From Tubiluchus corallicola (lineage: Eukaryota > Animalia > Priapulida), in contig JAQGDQ010000094.1 of assembly GCA_030141605.1 (NCBI GenBank), forward strand, positions 558,001-622,000: a stretch of DNA of 64,000 nt, read 5' to 3'. The position numbers were made by a program, and so were the translations under genes. The notes below the pieces were generated by a model. That model searched no databases. It was not told the origin of the DNA and was given only the letters and a program-made list of their open reading frames with translations. How positions within the stretch are numbered: position 1 is the stretch's first letter; each line of letters opens with the position of its first letter. This document shows positions 12,101 through 24,280 of this stretch, in pieces.

Positions 12101-15100
12101 ACACTATGAACTATGAAAATACACCTTTAGAAGTATTTTGTGGTTGTTATGGAATTTAGAAGCTTGTTGTCATAAGACAGTTGAATGTTAGGGTCTTCTA
12201 AAGATGTAAGTTTTTGATTAGTGCCAAACAGCATTACATCGATTTTATTTAAATTTAAAACTAATTTATTTTTGAAGAACCAGTCTGATGCTTTTCCAAG
12301 TTCATGCAATAGGACTTTGGTTCTTGTCTGGAGTGATTTATGCTGATAGATCAGTACTGCATCATCAGCGTACATAAAACAACCAGCATTTTTGCAATTT
12401 TGAGGAAATCATTAATGTACAGGATAATCAAAAGAGGAATGAGAACCAAACCCTGAGTAACCTCAATTTCAATATTACTAATAATGGTAGTAATAATGGT
12501 TTGAATATTCGTTTACCACCTGGCTCAATTTTGTTAGTAAAAATAGTATAAGTTTTGCGATTTGAAACTTTGTGATCGATTTACAGTACGTTGGTCTTAA
12601 ATTTAAGTTTTTTGTGATTTGGTTATGAAAGCTTATTTGTCTAATCTGTTTACGTAATGAGACTGAAAGGCCTATCCATTACTGTCTATTTAGTGATTGT
12701 ATATACACTGCTGAGAGTATGAAAATAATATATTATCATCTCATTTTGCCCTCAGTGCACTGTCTATAGCTTCATTTACTGCACAGTGGTATTTCTGTTG
12801 GGTCCTCGTGAATTGTACATGCATTATCTTAATGAGTCTTCTCAATTTACACCATTATGAGGTTTAATTTATTACAAGTGACCATGCCCTTCTTTTAAGA
12901 CTAGACGTAAACAGGTGCTGTTCAGTTGCCTGTGCCTTGTTCATTGTCTGGACTGGTGTGTCTTCTTAGAGAATTATCATTGATAATGATGTAGGATTTT
13001 GATCTACTACGATCATCTGTATGGTGCCAAACAGTACAAAAATGACTTTTGCATTTTTCATTAAGTGAAACAAAATTTAGCCGAATTTTCCATTTATAAT
13101 AATTTTTGGTGCTTTTGCAGAAAGATCTATCTGACTTGGAGGAAAAGTTTAAGAAATCAATGATAACTAATGCACAGCTAGACAATGAGAAATCAACTTT
13201 GATGTATCAACTAGATTTACTAAAAGATGATCTAGAAATGAAAGATGAAACGATGTGTCAATTACAACGTGAGATTAAAGACATGTCTAGGGTAAGTAGA
13301 AATTGAGGTCATTTGACAAATTGACACATCACTTCCTATGTGAGATTAAGGAAACTCGGGTATGTGGAAACCGACATCATTTAAGGAAATGATGTTAGCT
13401 ACGATTTGAAAATTTAAACTATTTATCAAAGTCAGGTTACTTACATCATGAGATTAAGGATGTATTTAAGGTAAGTGGAAACTGAGATGAAATGATGTCA
13501 GTTACAACATGAGATTGATGGTGTGTCTAAGGTAAATGAAAATTGAGACTATTTGACAAAGTGATTTGATTTTATAAGACATTTTTAAATGTAATTATGC
13601 TGATGACCGTCGTTGTTGTTTTTTCTTATAATTTTATAATTATCTTATCGTTTTTCAGGAATACGACTTTGCCAAACGGGATTTAGATTCCTCAAATAAG
13701 CAAGTAACGAATCTCAAAGAACAAGTCCAGCATCTGATCACGTTGATTCAGGTGAAGCCAGCCAGTTTTCACTGCTCTTTTGTTTGCTAATGCAATTCTG
13801 GTGTATGATTTTCTGTAAAACTTGATAAAATAGAGACACAGAATGTGAATATAATTCCAGTGATTTAATGAACTTGGTGACACCTCTTAAATTAACACAG
13901 ACACGTGCGCCGGCAGGCGGATGCACTGACACACATGCGTCCACAGAATTTCTTGAGAAAAATTTTTTTGTGACTAAATAAAATTTTTTAGCAGTAAACC
14001 AAGAAACACATCAACCCCTTGTTATTATTAACAAATAATTATTAAATTTTGTGTGAGCAGTGGATGGGCTGTAAACTTAACAGTCTTAAATCGGTTTTAT
14101 GTTTGACTATCCACATTTTGCTGGATAGATAATCTTGACACTAAATAATAATTAATAAATTAAGCTTAAGTAATTGGTCATCCACATTCCAAGTGTATTA
14201 CGAATTCGCTTTTAAGATATATGACTACTACAATAGAATACAATGAATATTACCTAGGTAAATGTAGGTAAAATATATTTATCTGAGCAGAATTTTTCAC
14301 ATTTGAGGAAGTCTGCGTACCAGAATTTAAATCTCATTTGAGGCCTCCAACACAAACAAAATAAACAGCTATTGAGGTGATACAAAAAGGTGTTAAGGTT
14401 TGATTACAGTATTCACCTGTAAGTGTAATAAACTCTAATAATGTGTCAATTCAATTCACATCTCATGTTACATGTGATGATGATTCCCGCAAGGAGAGTT
14501 AAAATATTATATTTAAATTTTAAAACCTTTTTTAAATTTCCTCTATATCTGTTGCTGTTTGCCTTTTGCCAATGATTTGCATTTTTAGGGCCATTTACAA
14601 GTGTTTGAAAATTGTGTTAGTTTGTTATTTATGTAGTAATTAGTTTTTCGATAGTGAGCCCCTAATTTTTAGATAAAAAAGGTAAGTTCACTCTAATTGG
14701 AGTAAAGAAAGTAAAATCTTGCACACACATTTGCCATGCCACTTGTACATATTTAGAATGCTGCTTTATTTGGTAAACAGACATTCTACGCTCTTTGCCT
14801 GTTTGAGCTTGAGTTTTAGGTATAAACTGCTTTCACATATTAAAAAATATGTAAATTATAGTGAAGCTTCATTTATGATCTAAAATTTATTAAAATTTAT
14901 ATTAATAGCTATATTTGTTTACATAGTTTATTGTCAGCACTTCTCGCTGACAGAGACAACAGAACAGAGACAAGGTTTATTCACTGTGAGAACTAGTGGC
15001 ATTTCGTAGCTGCTGTAGAGGCATGTAACTTGCTCAGAGTAATTTCTCTGAACGCTACTGCAAGATCTGTCACGAAATTTGGCCACGCTTACTGATAGAG

Positions 15101-18100
15101 AGTAACTCACAGCACGTCTTGCTCTCTAATGTCACTCGTTGATGTAAGTGTTGTTACACATGTTTAGGAGCATGGGCTGGTCCTAGTCGGTGCCGGTGAT
15201 TCAATGAAACTAGAAGCTGATACCGGACGGGTAAAGGAAGGAGAGGAGCTGCCTTTAGCAATTCTGTCCCAACAAACTGCCAAAATTTTAGATGAAGCTG
15301 GTGATGGATCTTTAGGTACAGTCTTTTATTTTTCTGTGGTTTTTGCTAGTTTGGGTTTATCAGTTAATTAAAAAAGTATAGGGTGTTCCAAAAAATGGTG
15401 TACTAATAAATGCTATAAGCATACAAATATTACACAAGGCTGGACTTAGGAGGAGTGGGCCCTACTGAAAACAGTTTTGGTGGTCTTCTCAGTATGTAGA
15501 ATTATAAAAAGTACAATTTTATATGCTTTATAGTTTGTATTTTTAATGGAAACCAATTAAAATGTGCACTTAGAAAGCGTGGTGCTTGTGAGTTAATGGA
15601 CCAACAGCTACATTTTAAAATAAAACTGCATAACATGTAAGTCGGATAAGCAGCAAACAAAATGTCTAGATCACTACTGGAAAGTGCATAGTTTGGGGAC
15701 ACCCTCCGATTCCGTCTGAATTTAGCCTACTTTATGTTTGGTCACCGAGATGTGCATGTACATAAAGATTCACTAAAGTAATTTCGTCACATGATACTGT
15801 TAAAAAATTCTATACCCTCATATCTCGGTTTGCCGGACAAAAGCGGGAAGACATCGGTCCGAATTTGCCAATTGTCCGTATTTACCGATACTAAGCTAAT
15901 ACAGTAGGGGCTGTGTGTTAGACTCACGGCAATGTAGAAGCAAAACAACAGATTGTGTCTGTAATATGCGGGACTTTTTAACGGTTCACATTCTGTCCGA
16001 TTCTTCCAATATCCGTAAAAGAAAGATCCGGCAAACCGAGATATGGGCATATGTTTACGTATATTTAAAAGCCCTCGACACTTGGTTTAATTGTTTACGT
16101 ATGTTTTTTTAAGCATACTAAGTGTAGTTTCTTAAGTAGCTAAAAGCTACACTAAGTATACTAAATAGTCACAGCTTCGTAAATTAGGAGATAATCCAAA
16201 GATCAAGTATACTTACTCTTAATGGGCTTATTCAAATTAGTGTCCGTACACTTTACAAACACTTCTACACTTTATGGGTGACATAGAACTACCTCAAATT
16301 CCATGCCTAATTGTGGTGCAAAATAAGTTATGTAGCACACTTTGTAGATGGTCCATTTTATGACTTGTGCTCTTTTCACAGCCCTGGTTGCCCATATTGA
16401 AGGTTTAAGCAAAATAGCAAAAATAGTGATGTCTATAAAAAACTCAAGATTATTTTCACGTATTGTCATATTTCTACAAAACCGTTAATTTTTAAACACC
16501 CTGTATATTTTATATTAAATGAAATAAGTACAATGTTATTATCTTTGTAAAGCTTTCTCTCAACTTATACATAGATATGGCTTATAAAAAGCATCAGATA
16601 GTAAAAATTGGTCTCTTGCCTTCTGTATATTGTAATTCTAAGTAGTGACAAGTGCTTGTAGTGTACTAGATTTGTAGTAAGTGAATTTGCAAGTTATGTA
16701 CTATTTAGGAAATGATAGTGGCATTTTTTCATTTAAGTGGTAAAATATTTGCTGTATTACTAGACTCTTTTTAGTTATTACCTATCTATAGGGTTTTATA
16801 GGTGTAAACTGAGCACTTTGTGCCATTTTCAAGTTTTTTTTTAAATCTGTAGAAGAACGATTGAGAAAGTTTGCTGAGGAGAAGAAGGATTTAGAGGATA
16901 GAGTGCGTCGTCTTCGTATGACTCTGGAGGAGGAAAGGGAAGCTAATTCGCAAGCACTGAAAGAGGCTCACAAAGTCTCCATGGCCTTGAACGGTTTAGA
17001 CGATGATAGAAATCCTCGTATGTTTTCTACAGCTTACCCTATCGACTTGTCTATCAGTGAAGCCAAACATGTCAAACTCTAATTCTTTCACTTTGGACTA
17101 CCTGCATTTAGTTCATCTCATTGAAGAATTTAGCAATGTTAAACTCCAATTCATCATCTCTATAGTTTTCCTGTCTGTCTGTCTTTCTCATTTTACTATA
17201 TAGTTCATCACATGTATATTATTTACAGTGATTATTACTATGAAACTTCTGTTTTACAGGTGATTCTGGTGAATCAAGGATAAAACTAATGAAAGCTGAA
17301 CAAGAAGTAGCTTCGTTACAGTCTAGTGTGAGTATTTTTACTGTATTGTAGTAGCAATAGCAATCCGTTGGATTTCGTATTGAAATTAGTGCTTAAATTT
17401 AATGTGGTTGAGTTGTAAGTGAAAACTACTTTTAGTTTTGTTCTTATCCAATGGGATCTATTGTAATTCTTCGCAACTTTGTAATGCTTTACCGTATTTT
17501 TGACAGGCTTGGCATTCTTGAATACAGTTTTCATTTTTCTATCTTGCAGCGCTAGTTTTATTAAAATCTGCTGAGCAGTCGCAATAAATTTTTATACTGT
17601 AACAATGTCAAAGTTGTAGCGAAACAGTGTTATGGATGGGAAGAATACTTTGCCAAGTGTCCAAGTGTACGTCCAGTAAATAAACTGTTGTCTAGTAAAT
17701 AAATACAGAGTTAACCTTGGCAGTGAGATAAGTTCTGGTTCTGGCATAAACAAGCCTTGCCATTGAGCCTTTGATTCTGATTTGCAGTATATAGAATGGT
17801 GTAACCTGTTTCTCAGTATTTTGAATGTTGAGGGCAGTCTTTGGTGAGACTTGTTGTTTTGTTAATAAAACAAAAGATAATATTAATCTGAATTTATAAA
17901 TATATATTGACTTTTCGTTATTTATAGTTGAATAGAAACGAACGTGATTTAAAAAGGGCGCAGCAACAAGTACAAGAATTAGAACAAGAAATTGATGACC
18001 TAAAGACTGATAAACGCAAGACCCAAAGAGAGGTAATAACATTTAGTCTGCATTATTGTCTGAGTAGTGACTTAGAATCTACTTTGGGTGGGGTATACTG

Positions 18101-18450
18101 CACTAAGCAGCCCATTTAATTATGAGATTCTTGTAATAAAATGATTGCTGGGTTAGAATCCTCACCACTAGCTGTTTCTAATTCAGCTCTACCTTTTAAC
18201 AAAATAATGTTCTAAATTAATGCAAATTTTTTAAAACACGTGTTTTAATTTGATGTAATGAAAATTGGGTTATGAATAAAATGTCCATTTTATTTGTATT
18301 AATATTATTAGTTTAATAGTTACTTTGTCTGATGTTTAGCTTCGCGAAGCCAAATCTCGGATAGAGGAGGTTGAAACAGAAAAGGGTCACTTGCAAAAGC
18401 GACTAGACAAACTTAGGAAAGAACGTATTAATGCAATGACGAACGGGTGA
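3034..18450 (+). CDS. LRRFIP2: Leucine-rich repeat flightless-interacting protein (LRRFIP1/2 orthologue), spliced CDS, 397 aa
   Basis: Exons 3034-3138, 9946-10032, 10705-10755, 11175-11264, 13121-13291, 13659-13751, 15168-15315, 16853-17017, 17260-17327, 17928-18032 and 18340-18450 join through GT-AG introns into an open 1194-nt frame. Family motifs: [67 protein letters not shown]. Confidence 0.93.
6618..9254 (+). CDS. Putative alternative giant first coding exon of LRRFIP (879 codons, acidic and low-complexity)
   Basis: Stop-free ORF (6456-9278) in AT-rich DNA; ATG in AAAATGT context at 6618; GAG|gtgctt phase-0 donor at 9254/9255 is compatible with the phase-0 exon at 9946. Confidence 0.7.
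9946..10032 (+). CDS. LRRFIP2: LRRFIP coding exon 2 ([29 protein letters not shown])
   Basis: ttttgtag acceptor, GAG|gtataa donor, most conserved motif of the family. Confidence 0.95.
10243..10596. mobile_element. Possible degenerate foldback/MITE in an LRRFIP intron
   Basis: Imperfect terminal inverted match TGGGGAGTGGACAT / ATGTTCGCCCCA; interior rich in TTCAAATT and ATTGAA units in both orientations. Confidence 0.3.
10705..10755 (+). CDS. LRRFIP2: LRRFIP coding exon 3 (AESNEVRYRDAADGTPR)
   Basis: ttcag acceptor, AGG|gtatgt donor, 51 nt, phase 0-0. Confidence 0.75.
10760..11150. repeat. Degenerate ~31-bp minisatellite filling the intron
   Basis: Recurrent units of the form atgatg..a.tctt..ct.aca; exact TCACACTGAGT at 10877 and 11001, 124 bp apart. 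Confidence 0.5.
11175..11264 (+). CDS. LRRFIP2: LRRFIP coding exon 4 (TYTSRAGSDSS...RRGSDGSESEVKELK)
   Basis: ttgttctag acceptor, AAG|gtagta donor; RRGS and ELK as in LRRFIP. Confidence 0.85.
11347..12480 (-). mobile_element. 5'-truncated, decayed CR1/L2-clade LINE (end of RT domain, ORF2 C-terminus and 3' UTR)
   Basis: Minus-strand peptides LYIND...MYADD (RT catalytic motif), WFFKNKLVLNLNK and LNWLPLEIRR...FMYKIL, with frameshifts and stops; 3' end ...GTTATCCTGAATAAAT. Confidence 0.85.
13121..13291 (+). CDS. LRRFIP2: LRRFIP coding exon 5 ([24 protein letters not shown]...)
   Basis: ttttgcag acceptor, AGG|gtaagt donor, conserved coiled-coil motif. Confidence 0.95.
13659..13751 (+). CDS. LRRFIP2: LRRFIP coding exon 6 (EYDFAKRD...LITLIQ)
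   Basis: tttttcag acceptor, CAG|gtgaag donor, 93 nt in frame. Confidence 0.85.
15168..15315 (+). CDS. LRRFIP2: LRRFIP coding exon 7 (EHGLVLVG...AGDGSL)
   Basis: tttag acceptor, phase-1 donor G|gtacag; matches HGLV and AGEGPL of LRRFIP2. Confidence 0.9.
15379..16503. mobile_element. Non-autonomous Tc1/mariner-type element
   Basis: TA|TAGGGTGTTCCAAAAAAT ... ATTTTTAAACACCCTG|TA; imperfect CAGGGTG-type TIRs with TA flanks. Confidence 0.6.
15815..16048. mobile_element. Foldback MITE nested in the Tc1/mariner-type element
   Basis: Perfect 19-bp inverted repeat CATATCTCGGTTTGCCGGA (15819-15837) / TCCGGCAAACCGAGATATG (16027-16045), plus inner imperfect arms. Confidence 0.8.
16853..17017 (+). CDS. 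LRRFIP2: LRRFIP coding exon 8 (EERLRKFAEEKKDL...LEEER...)
   Basis: ctgtag acceptor (phase 1), C|gtatgt donor (phase 1); matches the RLRKL...LEEER block. Confidence 0.9.
17260..17327 (+). CDS. LRRFIP2: LRRFIP coding exon 9 (RDSGESRIKLMKAEQEVASLQSS)
   Basis: ttttacag acceptor, AGT|gtgagt donor, KL.KAEQ motif. Confidence 0.9.
17928..18032 (+). CDS. LRRFIP2: LRRFIP coding exon 10 (LNRNERD...KTDKRKTQRE)
   Basis: tttatag acceptor, GAG|gtaata donor, LK..KRK.QRE motif. Confidence 0.9.
18340..18450 (+). CDS. LRRFIP2: LRRFIP last coding exon (LREAKSRIEE...HLQKRLDKLRKERINAMTNG*)
   Basis: tttag acceptor, conserved HL.KRL.K, TGA at 18448-18450. Confidence 0.92.
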   Translation, partial: LREAKSRIEEVETEKGHLQKRLDKLRKERINAMTNG

Positions 18451-20355
18451 AGCTTGATACTGTTGCTGCTATCTTGTGGTTGTGTGTATGAAGTTTACAT
18501 ATGTACACATTGGTGCTGACCATCTGAAGGTTTTCAAGGAAATGAATTCATTATATTTATAAAGATTGTCTTCCTGATTTGCTTGTGTTTTTCTTCTGTA
18601 GGCTATTAATATTATTTTTATGTTACTGTTCTGTTTGTGTTGCTTGCTTATTTCTAGCTTCCTAGTCTTTATATATAACTATGCATTACTTTCCAGTGAG
18701 AAATAACTTACCAAGAGTATGAAAGTTCACAAAAAGTCCTACTTTAACTTTCAGAAAACTTGCCATGTGATTTGAAATTGTGTTTGACAAATTTGCTGCT
18801 TTGATATGCTGTGCTGCTTTAATTGTATTTGCATAATTATGTAAATATGTGCCATTTACTGACTATTCGCCAGTCTTGGCACAGCTACATCTCCAGAAGT
18901 AAAGTTTGAGAAAAAAAATGTATACTGATGTGCAATTATTAAATTGCCTTCTGCTTGTTTCCATACTTCAGTAATGTGAGGAGAACAATGGTAGAGCAAA
19001 ATAATTTTGCATAAATTGCCATGGATTTAATTAATCTGAAATTCTGAATGAAACTGTAGCTTATTCTCATTTCCATCATTATGGCTGAATATCTTCTACA
19101 GTATGTGACCATCAGCTGTCCAATGTTGTGCCAGTCTCAAACTTCGATTTGGGAAGTGCTCACTGTAAAGGCTTATAGAGCAAAAAACAGTCTTTTTCAG
19201 AAGAAATAGTTGTGTTTTCTATTATAAATTGGTCAGAAATCCGACTCAGTTTTTGTTCATTTCCGGTTGTTTGAACATCTGACACAAGTTCAACTTTAAC
19301 TATTTATATTATTTGAACAGTTTGAATTATGGTTGATTGTGTTTTCTGCTCCTAAAAATATTAACCTTCACACTTGAACAACTTTATTGTGCTTTTTCAG
19401 CCATCATTGATATCAGTGTAATTTGTAACTAGTCTTATAAGCATTATGACCTGGTCAGTAAAGCAGCTAAAGTTAAAAACACTATTAAAATGAGTTCTTT
19501 GCATTTCTGGCAAATAGCCAACCAGTTAATAACCTTAATTTCAGTTAGAATCGGATTAAATTAGAAGCCAAACATAGAAAGCAAGTACATGTATATTATT
19601 TTGCTGTCAGAATAAGTATTGCAAAATTTGATTTTTCAGTGATGCTGAATATGCTTTTGAAATATCCAGGATGCTTCACTGGACTTTTGTGAAAGGATAT
19701 CATGACTTTGTCCCACGTTGTATACATCATTATTTCACATTTCTGTAGCAACTTGTCCTGTATGTTGAATGTCTCATTTAAGCCGTTTGCAAAAAATGCC
19801 GTCCAATTTAATGTCAAAAAGGGATTACAAAACTTGTTTTTCTTTTATTAGGCAGTGAATGATGCCCGTAGGCTGAAGATTCCTTTACTTTGACATTCTT
19901 CGTCTAGGTATTGCATCTATTCATGAGATCTTTTGCAGCAACTCACTTTAGAACTGGGTTTGAATAAACCATTGAAAAATCTGCTTCAGTACGAATATAC
20001 TAGCTGTGAGTTGCTGGAGTAAGCTTTGATAATCAAATCACAGTTTTGTGGGGGTTTGTCTTCGCAACTTTTTTGTCTTGTGTGTTTCTTCTGCTTTATG
20101 TAACTACCTGTACAATAGTAATCGTGAAAACTATAAATGTACTCTACTTTTATTATTTAGTTTTATTATTTATAGTTTGGTTGCCACAGCAATTTTCTAT
20201 TGCATAGATAGGATACACTGAGGTTGTGCTGTTATTAATATTTAAATGAGTTGCAAGTTTGATCATTTTAGACATATGTTGTAAATATTTACCACACTAT
20301 ATGTACTTGTTAGGATCAGTGTGGTTTGTATACTGGCTTTAACACTTTGTTGTTA

Positions 20356-20411
20356 CCTCACATAATGAGGTAAAAAAATTACCTCATTATGTGAGGATAC
20401 TAATAAATAAA
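20356..20411 (+). terminator. Perfect 18-bp hairpin followed by overlapping AATAAA signals; candidate LRRFIP polyadenylation region
   Basis: CCTCACATAATGAGGTAA-AAAAA-TTACCTCATTATGTGAGG (20356-20396); AATAAA at 20402 and 20406. Confidence 0.45.
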
Positions 20412-22659
20412 ATGTTTCAAACATACTTAAAAGCTTGACTTGAATATTTTACAAAACTGAAATTGATAATCTTCATTTTCTGCTGTGCAAAGAGTGTGGT
20501 GAACTTATGACAAAGGTCAAGGGTCAGTATTTAAGATACCCTGTGCATGCAGTCCAATACATTTTTGACAAATGTCAAAGGTCGCAGTCCAATAAATTTT
20601 TGACAAAAGTTGAAGGTCAAGTTTAATATGTATAAAATTAATATGAATTTCTGCAGTAGTTCGTGCACTTTTGTAAGAAAATGGGCAATAACAAAGCGAA
20701 ATTAGCTTAACATAATGTGAGTTATGCCATAAATTCATATGAAAATGAAGTTTCACTGAAAGGTCATCATCTAAGATGAGTTTACAGTTTATGTATAACA
20801 TGTTTATTGTTGGATATTGAATAAACATTTGAATAATTTCGATCATCCATATGATGGTGAGAACAAATCCAAATGACTGCCTTACCAAATATGCATATCA
20901 AGGCAAATTTAACTAACAATTTATCAGAGAATATTTTACTGATTAAATTATCAGTAATTAAAAATGTAGATACAAAGTGTTGTGGAATCACTAGTATGTA
21001 CCACATATTAGCTGAGCCCAAGCTCTTTCACTTAAAAATGGGCACATTGCTCCTGTCTGACAAATAGTTAATAAAAAAGCCCCGTTAATTATGATCACAA
21101 TTATATGTCTTTTAAAAGAGGCTGGAGCCTTTAGAAACTGTGTCTTCGTGTACCAGTTACTTGGCACACTTTTTGTGTTCACTAATTGATTACATCTCAC
21201 ATTACTTTCTTTATCCCAATTGCTCAATCCCAATTTTCCACAAGTAAATATCAGAGTAACACATGTAGAGCCAAATTTTTTCATTGATGCGTTGTAGTCA
21301 ACCAAACCTGTCGTTTCATAACGTCATCTTCCTTTTAATCCTAATGCAAGAGCTGTCACGTGCTTTATTATGCAAACAGATCCAAAGTTCATCGTAAGCC
21401 AACTGAGTAATGGGGGAGCTTAATGCGTGATTGAGAGGAAACTGCAGACTTACATCTTATGTATAAACGATTTATTTTTGTGTTTTGTGCATTGTGCTTT
21501 CTCAATAATAACGTGGCAGGTATTTTTATGTATGTCAAAGTTTGGTGTGAACTTAATTACCTTAGTTTTTTTCCTAGCTAACCTACCAGCGGGAATTTAT
21601 GTAAATCAAGAACAAGAAAAACCAAAATTCAGTGGTGTGTCTTCTGTTTATTTTCACATAATTTATCAGCACAAATGACATTGCAGTAACACAGACAAGT
21701 TTTAAAGGCATTTAAATCAAACAAAAAGTATTGCTTAAAAGAACTTAACATTCTTCAAGCAAGAGATAATGTAATTCACAGGAAACAATTCTGAAAGGCC
21801 TTGTGGAAGAAACTTGACTTATATAAACAGCTGTCTTCTATTACCATCGTAAAATTGTGAGGAACAGCAGCAAAACGAGTTATTCAAAACAAATGCTGAG
21901 GCTTATGAAACTAACGAGCAAAGAGAAGAGCATGCTTATCATAGTGACAGAAGAGACTTCATTAGCAATTATAAACAAACAATTAGACAATAGAAAAAAG
22001 AAAAGACACGGCACTTCAGTACACTATTAGGTGAGAAAGAGAAACGCAAACAATCAACAATTTTTTTGGATTTTGTAATATAGACACTTCTTAAAAGTGC
22101 AGAAAATCTTACCACATGCGAAAGAACACAATTATGAAAAATGCACAGATTGGGACAATAATCATGATTCTCATTTATTGTCTAATGTTGTCCAACGACA
22201 GAATTTCGTCAGATCTGAGTTCTCGCTGGTACTTTATCAGATTCTGGTAGCATATAAAGTAGCTGTGCAAAATCGCGTCACTCGAATTACGGACTTTTTC
22301 ATATGTATATGCAATAGCTTGGCTTGGCTGGACCTGTATTTCTAGGTCACAAAGACACGAGATTGCAAAATCAGTTTTAAGTGGAAATGATGAAAATCTG
22401 TCTTCAGCTCGCTTTATGTTCAAATTTTCGCCAAAACATCGGACAAGCTTTTGTCAAAATTAATGAGGAGTAAGAACTTTGGGTTCACTAAACAATGGAT
22501 AGCAATTTTACTGAATTGTAGACATCTGTTATTGTAGAGAGAAACTGAGGCTGGCAATTGGCTTAAGTTAAAACATATGCACTGGTATGAATTGACCAAC
22601 GTCCACTAAGCTGTTAACAAATGTCATTCACAGCTTTTGACGTACCAAGAGCAATATCA

Positions 22660-24280
22660 ACAAGCCACTTTTTGTGATGTAATGTCGCCAATATTTAGCC
22701 CACTGAACGATGAGAAGTGCTACATCAGTACTAGATAAGATGGCATCTGCTACTGGTCAAGATTGCAACTAAATTCTCCAGCTCATTTTAGAGCTCAGTT
22801 TTGTAAGCGTTCTTCTGAGGTGGTTGCGTTTTAACAGCTGAAACTTTTTGCAGTTATCCATAGAACAAATTGTCAGATGATTGATTCCTGCGCTGACCTG
22901 AACAACCCATTAACCACGATTGCTACCCAGATGCACAAGATCCAGAAACAGTTCCTTGTATTTGCCATGAAGGCTGGAACGGAGATTACTACGATAGTCA
23001 AGGGGCATATTAGAACATGCACGCCAAATGCCATAGGTCCATCAATTCCTAACTGTAGCTGTTTGGAAAGATGTGGAGACCTATGTGAAATAGACACTGA
23101 CCCCTCCCTCCCACCCCTTGCCAAAACAGGGATATCTGCACAAAAATTAATGATACTTTTTTTGTCTGTATGATTTTGTGCTACTGTATAGAAAAAAGTC
23201 CCTGCATCAGCTATGAGAAATGATACCTATATACTAGATTCAGATGATGAAGCTCCGCCGTTTTGTGACTGTGTGATCCTGCTTAGAAGGCGAATTTTAT
23301 GTCATTTTTACTCTTTGCCAGGACTACGACTGTGTTAATGGAGAATGCAAACCAGAATCAAATAATTCAACTTAGCCTCATTGTGACTGCGAAGAAACTT
23401 ACATAGGAGATCATTGTAATATTGATCTTCTTTGTAAGCCGAGTCCGTGTGTGAGTGGAGGGACGTGTTCTGATGACTACTATATGTGTGCTATATGCAG
23501 GCCAGAATGGGTAGGAAATAACTACAAATATTACAAATCCTTGTAAATCTGCACCTTGTCTGAAGGTAAAAAATGCACTCAAAATACCACAAATCCATCA
23601 TTTCCTACAACTGTATAGAAGGGATTTGAGGGAGACTTCTGTGAAATGGACATTGATCCTTGTTTGTCAAGTCCTTGTGAGAACAGAGCCCTGTGCACGG
23701 AAATTAATGACATTATTAAGTGTGACTGCTTCTGTGACAATCAGATAATCCGTGTGAACATGGAAACTGTGAACCTTACAGCAATGATACATCGAAGCCA
23801 CATCGCCACTTTGACGCTGGATAAATGGGTAAATATTTTGATCAACCAGTGTGACTCTAATCCATGCCCGCCACAATGACAGGACTTGCTTTGATGTTGT
23901 ATATCAATATTATTGTCATTTCAGGCCCAGAATAGCTGGGTAGTAGATGCACCATGAGGAATCCATGTCATAATTCTCCTTGTCTTGATTGCGTCTGCTA
24001 CCTCAGCCCTAAGAACCTTGTGATGTACATTGTGCCAGAGAGAAGTACACCAGTTTCTGTGTGATTTGCAGCCACGTCAAAATGGTGGGACGTTCACGTG
24101 TACATGCGCAGACGGTTGGTGGGTGAATGATGTGAAGTGCACTATTCGTGTTTCCCGAATCCTTGTCATTATGTGGTCAGTGAATTGTTGAGGAAAGTGA
24201 CAACAGCATTGTTATTTGTAAATGTGCTGTTGGTTGGATTGGCTAATTTTGTGAAACAAGCGGTGGTCCATGTAATGTTA
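22660..24280 (+). pseudogene. Decayed multi-EGF-repeat pseudogene (Notch/fibropellin/crumbs-like repeats)
   Basis: Fragments across frames: CICHEGWNGDY, GDLCEIDTDP, TNPCKSAPCL, GFEGDFCEMDIDPCLSSPCENRALC, INQCDSNPC, RNPCHNSPC, QNGGTFTCTCADGW, SCFPNPC, CKCAVGWIG*FCET; many stops and frameshifts. Confidence 0.85.
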
